Below, piece after piece: positions 55,227-64,000 of a stretch of 64,000 bases of DNA. The notes below the pieces were generated by a model. It did not search any database, was not told the origin of the DNA, and saw only the letters and a program-made list of their open reading frames with translations. A program made the position numbers and the translations under genes. How positions within the stretch are numbered: position 1 is the first letter of the stretch; each line of letters begins with the position of its first letter. Origin of the DNA: Candidatus Nanopelagicales bacterium (lineage in GTDB: Bacteria > Actinomycetota > Actinomycetes > S36-B12 > UBA5976); contig JBIISC010000003.1 of assembly GCA_044341215.1 (NCBI GenBank), positions 3,203-67,202 of the forward strand, read 5' to 3'.

Positions 55227-58205
55227 CTATTCGTTTACGCCATACACATATTTTTCCATAATGTTTCGGCACCTTCTAGAAAGTCGGCGATAGCGCTCGG
55301 TAGTCACTGAGCCCGACTCATCCCCTAGTACGAAAGCCAACATTCTTAAGGTGTTTGGGTCACTCGGAATTGAATCATTTCCCTTAGCGCCGATTAAAAC
55401 AAGTTGATTTCTTATTTCCACTGCATATTTCCATGCCTGAATCAAGAGCTCAGATTCCTCAGTGGTTATTAATCCCAATTTTGCTAATTGGCTTAAAACC
55501 ACAAGAGTTGAAGTGTCCTGTAGCTCTTCATGAGATTGGGCAAATTGCAATTGCAAAAGTTGCGCTACCCATTCGACGTCTGAAATTCCGCCGGGGCCAA
55601 GTTTCAGATGTAATGCAGGATCTGCGCCTCTAGGTAGGCGTTCACTTTCCACGCGAGCCTTAATGCGTCGAATATCACGCAATTCATTTTCATCTAGTCC
55701 ATTTTTGGGATAGCGGAGCTTGTCAATCAAATTAGTAAGTGCACTTCCTAAATCTGCATCTCCTGCCACAAAATACGCGCGCAATAAGGCTTGGCTTTCC
55801 CAGGTAAGCGACCACTTCTCGTAATAACTTGCATATGATTCAAGAGTTCGGGCAATTGCACCTTGCTTTCCTTCTGGGCGCAGGTCTAAATCAATAATCA
55901 ATGCCGGGTCAGCTGCTGGGGCTCCTAAAGAATTTTGCAAAGTTGAAATAATTGTCAATGCATCGTTAGCTGCGGTTTCGCCATTACCCAGAGGTTCGTA
56001 AACAAATGTCGCATCAACATCACTTGCGTAACTCATTTCAAGTCCACCAAGTTTTCCTAGGCCAATCATCGCGATTCGCAAAGTTGGAGTTGCATCGCCA
56101 AAGTGATGTTTGATCACCACGTCAAGCGCAACTGACAGTGTGGATTCAGTCAATTCACTTATTCCCACGAGAACTTCTTCTAGGCTCATCGTTTTAAGCA
56201 AGTCGGCTGCTGAGATTCGAATTAGTTCACGTTGCCTGATAGCCCTTATCGCAGTTATCGCACTTTCAAGATCGTCGTGACGATTTCCAACTGATTGCAT
56301 TTCTTTCAGCAATGTTCCAGCATCTCGAGGCCGCAGATTTGCGTCATCTGAAAGAAGGTTTACCGATTCAGGAGCGCTCAAAACTAAATCTGTGAAATAT
56401 TTACTTACTGACAGTAAATAGGCCAATCGCTCTGCAATTGCAGATTCGTCGCGCAGTAGTCGCAAATACCAAGGAGTTGCACCAAGTGCATCACTTACCT
56501 TACGAAAAGCGAATAAACCTGTATCTGGATTCGGAGTTTGGGCCATCCAAGAAAGCATTACTGGCAACAATGTCTTTTGGATTGCGGCACGCCTTGAAAC
56601 GCCACTACTCAAAGCTGCCAGATTTCGCAAGGCGCTTTCAGGGTCGTTGAAGCCAAGGGCTTTCAACCGTTCTTGTGCTGCATCTAACGAAAGTTTTTGA
56701 TCATTTGCATCTAGTCGCACAACCGCTTGCAACAAGGGCCGATAAAACAGCTTTTCATGCAATCTTCGGGCATCTAACTTGTGTCGGTTCAAAGTCTGCA
56801 ATAGCGCCTGTGCTGGATCATTCTTCATGCCAAAAGATCGCCCAATCCGGCGCAGTTCTATTTCATCTTCAGGGACTAAATGTGTGCGCCGCATTTGGAA
56901 CATTTGAATGCGATGCTCTAAGCGCCTTTCAAATTTATAGGCGGCAGCTAATGTGGAAGCATCTTCACGGCCCACGTAACCCCAAGTGGCCAACGCTTCG
57001 AGGGCTTGCAATGTATTGGAACTTCGGAGCATCACATCTGAACGGCCATGGACAAGTTGCAGAAGTTGCACCGCAAACTCAACATCTCGAAGGCCACCAC
57101 TTCCAAGTTTTAGTTCGCGGTCTTGTTCGCGCGCTGGAATGTTTTCTACTACTCGCCGGCGCATTGCTTGAACATCTGACACAAAATTAGGTCTAGCAGC
57201 TGCTTGCCAGACAAACGGCAACATTGCATCCACATACTCCTGGCCAAGCTCCACATTGCCTGCCATTGCGCGTGCTTTTAGTAAAGCCTGAAATTCCCAA
57301 GTGTTGGCCCATCTTTCATAATATGAAGTGTGACCTTCAAGCGAGCGAACAAGTGCACCGTCTTTACCTTCAGGTCTTAGATTTGGATCAACTTGCCAAA
57401 TCATGCCTTCACTAGTTGGCGCTTCACATACTTGCATCATCTGCGATGCAACTCGCGTTGCCTCTTCAATAAAGTCTTCTGCCCCATCAAATGCACGAGC
57501 CACATAGATTACGTCAACATCACTGATGTAATTAAGTTCACGACCACCAGTTTTCCCCATGGCAATAACTGCAATTTCAGACTTAGGTTTTCCAGGGTTT
57601 ACCGATCGCCACGCAATTGCAAGTGCCGCTTCAATCACACCGTCAGCGATATATGAAAGGCGCTCAGCAACCGCGGCTAAATCGTCAATTTCACTTAAAT
57701 CGCGGATTGCTACTGCAATGACTTCCGTGCGATATGCAATACGTAAATTGATCAGCGCGTCCTGCCCATCGCTGCGAGCAACATAACGGCCATCGATTAA
57801 CTCAGCGCTGACACTTTCAAGTAAACGAGTAGTAACTGAATTTCGATTACCGATGTTTTGCCAAAGGCCTTCTTCAAGAAAAATAGAAATTGATTCGGTG
57901 TGTTTTGCACAGTGAATCCCAAATGCTTCAGAGCTACCTACAACCGTTATCCAGCGATTTCGAGCGCCAGCATCATCAAGCCACATCATGCGCAATTTTT
58001 CAGATGCGTTTACAAACCAATTTACCGTTGCTTCAAGTGCTAAATCTGGATCCGCCGCTAAACCAAATTCTTCCAACAAAGCTGAGTGAGAGAGAAGTTC
58101 TGGGAATTCAGAAAGCGAAAGGGCCGCCTTTTTCGGGTTAGCAAAACCAAATTTGGCAAGTTTTGCTTCGACCGAATTTAACCGGCCGTCCTCATCGACA
58201 GACAT
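55227..58205 (-). CDS. glnE: bifunctional glutamine synthetase adenylyltransferase / adenylyl-removing enzyme
   Basis: 992 aa with two nucleotidyltransferase halves (GKTGGRELNYISDVDVI and GKLGGLEMSYASDVDATF). It lies 9 nt downstream of glnA2. Confidence 0.95.
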   Translation of the reverse strand: MSVDEDGRLNSVEAKLAKFGFANPKKAALSLSEFPELLSHSALLEEFGLAADPDLALEATVNWFVNASEKLRMMWLDDAGARNRWITVVGSSEAFGIHCAKHTESISIFLEEGLWQNIGNRNSVTTRLLESVSAELIDGRYVARSDGQDALINLRIAYRTEVIAVAIRDLSEIDDLAAVAERLSYIADGVIEAALAIAWRSVNPGKPKSEIAVIAMGKTGGRELNYISDVDVIYVARAFDGAEDFIEEATRVASQMMQVCEAPTSEGMIWQVDPNLRPEGKDGALVRSLEGHTSYYERWANTWEFQALLKARAMAGNVELGQEYVDAMLPFVWQAAARPNFVSDVQAMRRRVVENIPAREQDRELKLGSGGLRDVEFAVQLLQLVHGRSDVMLRSSNTLQALEALATWGYVGREDASTLAAAYKFERRLEHRIQMFQMRRTHLVPEDEIELRRIGRSFGMKNDPAQALLQTLNRHKLDARRLHEKLFYRPLLQAVVRLDANDQKLSLDAAQERLKALGFNDPESALRNLAALSSGVSRRAAIQKTLLPVMLSWMAQTPNPDTGLFAFRKVSDALGATPWYLRLLRDESAIAERLAYLLSVSKYFTDLVLSAPESVNLLSDDANLRPRDAGTLLKEMQSVGNRHDDLESAITAIRAIRQRELIRISAADLLKTMSLEEVLVGISELTESTLSVALDVVIKHHFGDATPTLRIAMIGLGKLGGLEMSYASDVDATFVYEPLGNGETAANDALTIISTLQNSLGAPAADPALIIDLDLRPEGKQGAIARTLESYASYYEKWSLTWESQALLRAYFVAGDADLGSALTNLIDKLRYPKNGLDENELRDIRRIKARVESERLPRGADPALHLKLGPGGISDVEWVAQLLQLQFAQSHEELQDTSTLVVLSQLAKLGLITTEESELLIQAWKYAVEIRNQLVLIGAKGNDSIPSDPNTLRMLAFVLGDESGSVTTERYRRLSRRCRNIMEKYVYGVNE

Positions 58206-58214
58206 TAGAGAAAT

Positions 58215-59552
58215 CTAAAGGATTGGCAGGTGTTTTGATAACTCGTATGGGGTGACCTGCTTACGGTATTCATCCCATTCAGCACGCTTATTACGCAAGA
58301 AGAAATCAAATACATGCTCACCGAGGGTTTCAGCAACCAATTCAGACTTTTCCATAATGGCAATTGCTTGATCCAAGCTAGTCGGCAATTGTTTGAGGCC
58401 AAGTGCGGCTCTCTCGGAATCAGTTAGCGACCAAACATCATCTTCTGCACCTGGCGGCAATTCATAACCTTGTTCGATTCCCCGCAAACCAGCATTAAGC
58501 AACACTGCAAAAGCAAGATACGGATTTGTGGCACTGTCGAGGGAACGAATCTCAATTCGAGTGCTTTGCCCTTTGCCTGGCTTATACATTGGGATGCGAA
58601 TCAACGCTGACCTGTTGTTATGGCCCCAACAAATATGTGCTGGCGCTTCACCGCCACCGGCAAGTCGTTTGTACGAATTTACCCACTGATTTAGCACGGC
58701 AGTAATTTCAGGCGCATGTGTCAACAACCCAGCCACAAATGAGCGACCAACTTTGCTCAATTGATATGGAGCACCTGGTTCATGGAATGCATTCTTGTCA
58801 CCTTCGAATAAAGACATATGAGTATGCATTCCGGAACCTGGATATTGTGTAAAAGGTTTTGGCATAAACGATGCATAAACACCATGTTCCAAAGCAACTT
58901 CTTTAATCACTGTTCGGAAAGTCATAATGTTGTCAGCAGTTGTTAGCGCATCTGCATATCGCAAATCAATTTCTTGTTGGCCAGGTGCGCCTTCGTGGTG
59001 AGAAAATTCAACACTAATTCCCATAGCTTCGAGCATGGTGATTGCTGAGCGACGAAAATCGTGGCCGATGCCGTGTGGAGAATGATCAAAATAGCCAACT
59101 GAATCAATTGGAACTGGCGATTGGCCAGGTTCTGGTAGATCTTTAAACAAGAAGAATTCAATTTCAGGATGTGTGTAGAAAGTAAATCCCATATCAGCAG
59201 CTTTTGAAAGTGCGCGCTTTAAAACATATCGTGGATCTGCAAATGATGGAGAACCATCTGGCATATGAATGTCGCAGAAGATTCTTGCCACTGCATTAAC
59301 ATCGCCGCGCCACGGGAGAACTTGGAAGGTGGAAGGGTCTGGCATAGCCAACATGTCTGCTTCGTGCACGCGGGCAAAACCTTGAATTGCCGAGCCGTCG
59401 AAGCCAAGGCCTTCTTCAAAAGCGCCTTCAAGTTCAGCTGGGGCAATGGCTACTGACTTCAACGTTCCTAGAACGTCTGTGAACCAAAGTCGAATAAATC
59501 GAATATCCCGCTCTTCAATGCTTCGCAGGACGAATTCAGTTTGCTTATCCAT
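58215..59552 (-). CDS. glnA2: glutamine synthetase type I, GlnA2-like
   Basis: 445 aa with GS motifs (FDGSAIQGF, KPFTQYPGSGMHTHMSLF, NPYLAFAVLL). RBS GGAGGAAA. Same glnA2-glnE arrangement as in mycobacteria (memory). Confidence 0.9.
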   Translation of the reverse strand: MDKQTEFVLRSIEERDIRFIRLWFTDVLGTLKSVAIAPAELEGAFEEGLGFDGSAIQGFARVHEADMLAMPDPSTFQVLPWRGDVNAVARIFCDIHMPDGSPSFADPRYVLKRALSKAADMGFTFYTHPEIEFFLFKDLPEPGQSPVPIDSVGYFDHSPHGIGHDFRRSAITMLEAMGISVEFSHHEGAPGQQEIDLRYADALTTADNIMTFRTVIKEVALEHGVYASFMPKPFTQYPGSGMHTHMSLFEGDKNAFHEPGAPYQLSKVGRSFVAGLLTHAPEITAVLNQWVNSYKRLAGGGEAPAHICWGHNNRSALIRIPMYKPGKGQSTRIEIRSLDSATNPYLAFAVLLNAGLRGIEQGYELPPGAEDDVWSLTDSERAALGLKQLPTSLDQAIAIMEKSELVAETLGEHVFDFFLRNKRAEWDEYRKQVTPYELSKHLPIL

Positions 59553-59586
59553 GGTTTCCTCCTAGAGCCAATAGTGCCTCACTTGT

Positions 59587-59602
59587 GTTACGGCAATGTG
59601 AC
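59587..59602. promoter_or_regulatory. possible GlnR a/b half-site pair (GTTAC-n6-GTGAC)
   Basis: Two half-sites 11 nt apart in the glnA2/nadE divergent region. On the glnA2 strand they read GTCAC-attgcc-GTAAC. There is only one pair and the flanking periods do not match. Confidence 0.3.
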
Positions 59603-59637
59603 AAGTCGATACCAATTTGGCTGATTACTCTTGCCCT

Positions 59638-61374
59638 ATGCCCCAAATCCGCCTAGCGCTCGCTCAAGTCAATCCGACTGTGGGAGATATTGCTGGGAAC
59701 TCTCGCCTAGTGCGCACCTGGTGTGCAAAAGCTGCCGAGTCTGCGGCGCATATTGTCGCTTTCCCAGAGATGATGCTGACCGGTTATCCAATCGAAGATC
59801 TAGCCCTTCGCGAATCATTTCAAGAGGCTAGCGTGAAGGCTGTTTCGCAACTTGCCTCGGATCTAGTTGCCGATGGTCTTGGAGATTTAATTGTTGTAGT
59901 TGGACACCTATCTTCACACAAAGCGCAAATAGACCAACTTGGAAAACCCAAAGGCAGTCCTGCAAATACTCTGAGCGTTTTACACCAAGGTCAGGTGATT
60001 GTTGAATACTCAAAACATCATCTACCAAATTACGGTGTATTCGATGAATACCGAAACTTCGTTGCCGGCGACAAATCTGCCGTAATCCGCGTAGGTGGCG
60101 TAGACATCGCATTAGCAATTTGTGAAGACCTCTGGCAAGAAGGTGGGCCCGTCGCAAGAGTTGCAAAACAAAACGTCGGACTTTTGTTAGTTATAAATGG
60201 TTCGCCATACGAAGTCAACAAAGATGATGCGCGACTGGAATTGGTCAGCCGAAGGGCCAAGGAAGCAAATGCATCTTTGGCTTACGTCAACATGGTTGGC
60301 GGTCAAGATGAATTAGTTTTTGATGGTGATTCAATTGTGGTTAACGAAAATGGACAACTTCTAGGTCGGGCACCTTTATTCGAAGAAGGCTTACTGACTT
60401 TAGATCTGGACTTGAAAGCTGCAGACACCAACAAGGTGCTGAGCGACGGCACTGAAGTTGCAGTAATTAGCGAATGGCCATTCAAGCCCTACACCCCGCT
60501 GAAGCCAAATGTCGCGCCCGCAATTTCTGATATCCAAACCCAATACGCTGCTGTTGTAGTTGGGCTTCGCGATTACGTGAAGAAAAATGGTTTCAAGTCT
60601 GTAATTCTTGGTCTTTCTGGCGGAATCGATTCAGCACTAGTTGCTGCCATTGCTGCAGATGCAATTGGTGCCCAAAACGTTTTTGGTGTTTCACTGCCAT
60701 CCAAGTATTCATCTGCTCATTCGAAATCTGATGCTTTGGACTTAGCCAACCGCCTGGGAATCAATTTTCGCACAATCGCCATTGAAGAATTCGTTTCCGC
60801 TTATGAAAGTGCAATAGCACTGACTGGCTTGGCTAGCGAAAACTTACAAGCCCGGGCCCGCGGTGTGACGTTGATGGCGTTGAGCAATCAAGAAGGACAT
60901 CTTGTTTTAGCAACTGGCAACAAAAGTGAATTAGCAGTTGGCTACTCAACTATTTACGGTGATGCTGTTGGCGGATTTGCACCAATAAAAGATGTGCCGA
61001 AAACCATAGTTTGGGAAATGGCTAAGTGGCGAAATCGGTTGGCGATAACTCAGAACAAAGTTGCGCCGATTCCCGACAACTCAATTACCAAAGAACCTAG
61101 TGCTGAATTGCGTCCTGGTCAAAAAGATTCAGATTCATTACCCGACTACATATTGCTAGATAAGTTGCTTGATGCATATGTTGAACAAGATTTAGGCAGC
61201 CGCGAGCTGATTGAGATGGGCTTTGACCCTGCGTTGGTGGATCGAGTTTTGAAGATGGTCGACCGTGCTGAATACAAGCGCCGGCAATATCCACCAGGCA
61301 CCAAGATTTCAAAACGAGCATTCGGTCGAGATCGACGTTTACCAATAACAAGCGAATGGGACGAACAGCACTAA
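59638..61374 (+). CDS. nadE: glutamine-dependent NAD+ synthetase
   Basis: N-terminal nitrilase-like glutaminase domain (FPEM..., ICEDLW catalytic Cys) and C-terminal NAD synthetase domain (GLSGGIDSALVA). Start at ATG 59638. Confidence 0.9.
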   Translation: MPQIRLALAQVNPTVGDIAGNSRLVRTWCAKAAESAAHIVAFPEMMLTGYPIEDLALRESFQEASVKAVSQLASDLVADGLGDLIVVVGHLSSHKAQIDQLGKPKGSPANTLSVLHQGQVIVEYSKHHLPNYGVFDEYRNFVAGDKSAVIRVGGVDIALAICEDLWQEGGPVARVAKQNVGLLLVINGSPYEVNKDDARLELVSRRAKEANASLAYVNMVGGQDELVFDGDSIVVNENGQLLGRAPLFEEGLLTLDLDLKAADTNKVLSDGTEVAVISEWPFKPYTPLKPNVAPAISDIQTQYAAVVVGLRDYVKKNGFKSVILGLSGGIDSALVAAIAADAIGAQNVFGVSLPSKYSSAHSKSDALDLANRLGINFRTIAIEEFVSAYESAIALTGLASENLQARARGVTLMALSNQEGHLVLATGNKSELAVGYSTIYGDAVGGFAPIKDVPKTIVWEMAKWRNRLAITQNKVAPIPDNSITKEPSAELRPGQKDSDSLPDYILLDKLLDAYVEQDLGSRELIEMGFDPALVDRVLKMVDRAEYKRRQYPPGTKISKRAFGRDRRLPITSEWDEQH

Positions 61375-61492
61375 GCGTGCAAAACGAACCGACCTGCCGG
61401 TAACTTCAAATCTCTGCCAAACTCTGCCCAGGCACTTTTGCATGTGCCAAAGATCCGGGTACCTATATGGACTCGAGACTGGAGAAACAAAA

Positions 61493-62311
61493 ATGTTCAA
61501 ACCTATGCAGGGTCCGCGATTTACAGTTCGCGATTTTCAAGCCGCAAAAACTCGAGGCGAAAAATGGGCAATGCTCACCGCTTACGATGCTTGGTCAACC
61601 AGACTTTTTGAAAACGCAGACATACCAGCATTACTAGTTGGCGATTCAGCTGCGATGGTGGTTTTTGGACATAATTCAACTATCCCGGTATCGATTGAAG
61701 ATCTTCTCCCTCTAGTTAAGGCTGTGGTTCGTTCTAGCGAACATGCATTCGTAATTGCAGACTTGCCTTTCGGCACATACCAAGAGTCTTGTGAGCAGGC
61801 CATTTCGACTGCAGTCAGGTTTATAAAAGATGGTGGTGCGCATGCCGTAAAGCTTGAAGGCGGTTCGCATGTACTGCCACAAGTAAAAGCGCTAGTTGAA
61901 AATGGAATTCCGGTAATGGGGCACCTCGGTTTAACTCCACAATCGGTTAATCAATTTGGTGGCTATGTTGTGCAAGGCAAGGGCGATGCAGGCACACAAT
62001 TAATTGCTGACGCAAAGGATCTCGAAAAAGCTGGAGCATTCGCAATCGTTCTTGAAGTTGTGCCAACTGAGTTAGCTGCCGAATTAACAGCTAGCATAAA
62101 AATCCCAGTAATCGGAATCGGAGCCGGCAATCAGACCGATGCTCAAGTTCTAGTTTGGCAGGATTTAGTGGGAGCGCTTGCTGGCCACACTCCTAAGTTT
62201 GTTCAACCTTATGCCGATGTAAAGTCCATCATTACTGATGCGGTTTCAAAGTGGGCTCACGATGTTTCTTCCGGGGCTTACCCAGATGATTCACATTCTT
62301 ACCATAGGTAA
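61493..62311 (+). CDS. panB: 3-methyl-2-oxobutanoate hydroxymethyltransferase
   Basis: Start at ATG 61493 after GGAGAAA. Contains LTAYD, LVGDSAAMV and KLEGG motifs. Confidence 0.9.
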   Translation: MFKPMQGPRFTVRDFQAAKTRGEKWAMLTAYDAWSTRLFENADIPALLVGDSAAMVVFGHNSTIPVSIEDLLPLVKAVVRSSEHAFVIADLPFGTYQESCEQAISTAVRFIKDGGAHAVKLEGGSHVLPQVKALVENGIPVMGHLGLTPQSVNQFGGYVVQGKGDAGTQLIADAKDLEKAGAFAIVLEVVPTELAAELTASIKIPVIGIGAGNQTDAQVLVWQDLVGALAGHTPKFVQPYADVKSIITDAVSKWAHDVSSGAYPDDSHSYHR

Positions 62312-62322
62312 ACAATTCGCCC

Positions 62323-63588
62323 ATGCTTCGAAAGATCTTTAGTATTGATTTCACCGCTCTAAAACACAAAGATTTTAAATTGCTGTTTGTCGGTGGCAGC
62401 ATTTCGATGTTTGGCTCAATGCTGACTTATGTAACTGCTCCTTTACAGATTGCACAGATAACTCAGTCATACGTTGCTGTAGGAATTATTGGACTCATCG
62501 AAATTGGTCCGCTCATCGTATTCGGGATCTGGGGTGGCGCTATTGCTGACTCAATGAACCGCAAGTTGGTGGTGGTAATCACCGAATTCGGTTTGGGCAT
62601 TGCTACTTTGATTCTGCTAGTTAACTCTCTATCCGATGAACCCAAAGTTATGGTGATTTACACAGTCACATTTATCTACGCGATTTTGGATGGAATTCAA
62701 AGACCGAGTTTGGGCGCCTTACTGCCACAAGTAGTGCCAACAGACCTGCTTACTTCAGCATCCGCAGTTAATTCCCTTCGATGGAATTTCGGCAGCATTC
62801 TCGGTCCATCTTTAGGTGGATTTATTGCAGCGACAGCCGGGCCAGCATTTGCTTACGGGATTGACGTAGTTACTTACCTAATCGCAACTTTTTTGTTTAT
62901 GCAAATGTCAGCAAAAGCTGCCCAAAGCACCAAAGAACGTATTGACGTGAAGATGATGTTTTCTGGATTCAATTACGCAAAAAGTCGTCCAGATCTTTTA
63001 GGCACCTACGCAATCGACATAATCGCAATGGTGCTGGCTTTCCCAAATGCATTGTTTCCGTTTATGGCTGTTGAATTTAATGCGCCTTGGGCATTAGGAC
63101 TTCTTTACGCATCAATGTCGGTAGGTGCATTAATCGCATCAGCAACTTCTGGCTGGACATCAAGGATTCATCACCATGGCCGGGCAGTAGTCATTGCAGC
63201 AACAGTCTGGGGATTAGCAATGGGATTCACTGGTCTCGCGCCAAATATTTATTTTGTACTACTTGGATTGCTAGTTGCTGGGTGCGCAGACATGATCAGT
63301 GGACTTTTCCGAATGCTAATTTGGAACACCACAATTCCACTTTCAATGCGTGGAAGACTTGGTGGAATTGAAATGTTGTCTTACAGCATTGGGCCGCAAC
63401 TTGGCCAAATCCGATCAAATTTCGCTGCGCAAGTGTTTTCGCTCCGCGTGTCGCTAATTTCTGGAGGATTTATTTGTGCCGCTGGATCAGTAGCTGTTGG
63501 TCGCGGATTGAGGCAATTGTGGAGTTTTGATATTCGCACTAACGAATACGCTATTTCAGAGAGAATTGCACGTGGTGAAGTTGAATAA
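62323..63588 (+). CDS. MFS transporter (EntS/MFS_3-like)
   Basis: 421 aa with ~12 TM segments. N-terminal FKLLFVGGSISMFGSMLTYV and GGAIADSMNRK loop motif. Confidence 0.75.
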   Translation: MLRKIFSIDFTALKHKDFKLLFVGGSISMFGSMLTYVTAPLQIAQITQSYVAVGIIGLIEIGPLIVFGIWGGAIADSMNRKLVVVITEFGLGIATLILLVNSLSDEPKVMVIYTVTFIYAILDGIQRPSLGALLPQVVPTDLLTSASAVNSLRWNFGSILGPSLGGFIAATAGPAFAYGIDVVTYLIATFLFMQMSAKAAQSTKERIDVKMMFSGFNYAKSRPDLLGTYAIDIIAMVLAFPNALFPFMAVEFNAPWALGLLYASMSVGALIASATSGWTSRIHHHGRAVVIAATVWGLAMGFTGLAPNIYFVLLGLLVAGCADMISGLFRMLIWNTTIPLSMRGRLGGIEMLSYSIGPQLGQIRSNFAAQVFSLRVSLISGGFICAAGSVAVGRGLRQLWSFDIRTNEYAISERIARGEVE

Positions 63589-63875
63589 TTATTAGTTTTC
63601 CACAGAAATTTACTCACAAATCAGCCCGCATGCCAATTTATTCCACAAAATTCAAAATCAACTCTTTAATGCAAAAACAACTTTATTTATGATGATCTAG
63701 CATTGTTTTTGCGAACTTATCGCAGTCTTTTTAAAGAAAATAGAGTCGCTTGCATTACCACTATAAAAAAGTTTTTTCATGAAAGACACAAAAATACTTT
63801 GCTAATTGGCAAAAATGTGCAAGCGTTTGCCACTAGATGCCAAAAAGAATTGGTATCACGATTCAGGGAGGCAAA

Positions 63876-64000
63876 GTGGCGGCTGCCAAAAAATCCGCAA
63901 AGAAGGCTCCGGCTAAAAAAGCTGGCGCTAAAAAAGTAGCTAAGAGAGCTACTAAGAAAGCTGCACCTAAAAAGGCTGCTAAGAAAGCACGTAAGACTGC
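63876..64000 (+). CDS. Lys/Ala-rich basic (histone H1-like) protein, 3' end outside window
   Basis: GGGAGG RBS followed by GTG 63876. The frame reads MAAAKKSAKKAPAKKAGAKKVAKRATKKAAPKKAAKKARKT... and is open to the window end. It is absent from the ORF track because no stop is reached. Confidence 0.45.
   Translation, partial: MAAAKKSAKKAPAKKAGAKKVAKRATKKAAPKKAAKKARKT

Noticed and set aside
56675-57190. 171-aa + strand ORF (and several 60-90-aa ORFs) antisense to glnE
   Set aside because: These are shadow ORFs inside a 992-aa gene with clear duplicated nucleotidyltransferase motifs, and they carry no independent signals.
63703-63939. 78-aa ORF from the track upstream of and overlapping the Lys/Ala-rich region
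   Set aside because: It has no RBS and starts in the AT-rich leader. Its basic C-terminus is simply the out-of-frame reading of the AAG/GCT repeats. The frame starting at GTG 63876 has a GGGAGG RBS and stays open to the window end.
1-64000. Scan for tRNA/rRNA genes, CRISPR arrays, IS elements, integrases, prophage, toxin-antitoxin or known defence-system genes
   Set aside because: I recognised no T-arm/anticodon-stem patterns, no spaced repeat arrays, and no transposase, integrase or phage-like ORFs. All ORFs over 150 aa are accounted for by housekeeping or transporter families. A by-eye scan can miss small or divergent elements.

Overview
This window is about 64 kb of densely packed actinobacterial core chromosome of moderate to low GC, roughly mid-40s % by eye. 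A streamlined freshwater actinobacterium is a reasonable guess, but that is inference only. From memory, the gene order is largely collinear with the M. tuberculosis Rv2182c-Rv2225 region and the S. coelicolor SCO21xx region. In order: pfp, plsC, glk, fadD15-like, RipC-like NlpC/P60 and a DEDD/GIY-YIG nuclease. Then trpD, ctaE-qcrCAB and ctaC-ctaD-ctaF. Then adoK-like kinase, erpA, glycerate kinase, nadA and DUF3043. Then gcvT, pepA, lpdA, sucB/dlaT, lipB-lipA, DUF4191 and glnA. Finally glnE-glnA2, nadE and panB. Lineage-specific genes sit between these blocks. They include a cobalamin-riboswitch-controlled ECF importer operon followed by a GGDEF-EAL gene, an orphan receiver domain coupled to trpD, and a CtaG-like assembly factor. 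An acyltransferase-3/EamA pair, an MMPL transporter and a block of about 7 kb between glnA and glnE are also lineage-specific. I saw no rRNA, tRNA, CRISPR array, transposase, integrase, prophage or recognisable defence or toxin-antitoxin genes. The most unusual unit is the B12-riboswitch ECF operon, whose first gene encodes a secreted, C-terminally membrane-anchored protein that canonical ECF transporters do not have. Other points worth a second look are a textbook four-site GlnR box upstream of glnA, recurrent AAAAATGTGAC CRP-like motifs at both respiratory promoters, and a NifS-like protein that appears to lack the PLP lysine. Several short tandem repeats and hairpins lie in intergenic gaps. 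Start codons were chosen by eye from RBS and family N-termini and may be off. All family calls rest on motif recognition, not searches.
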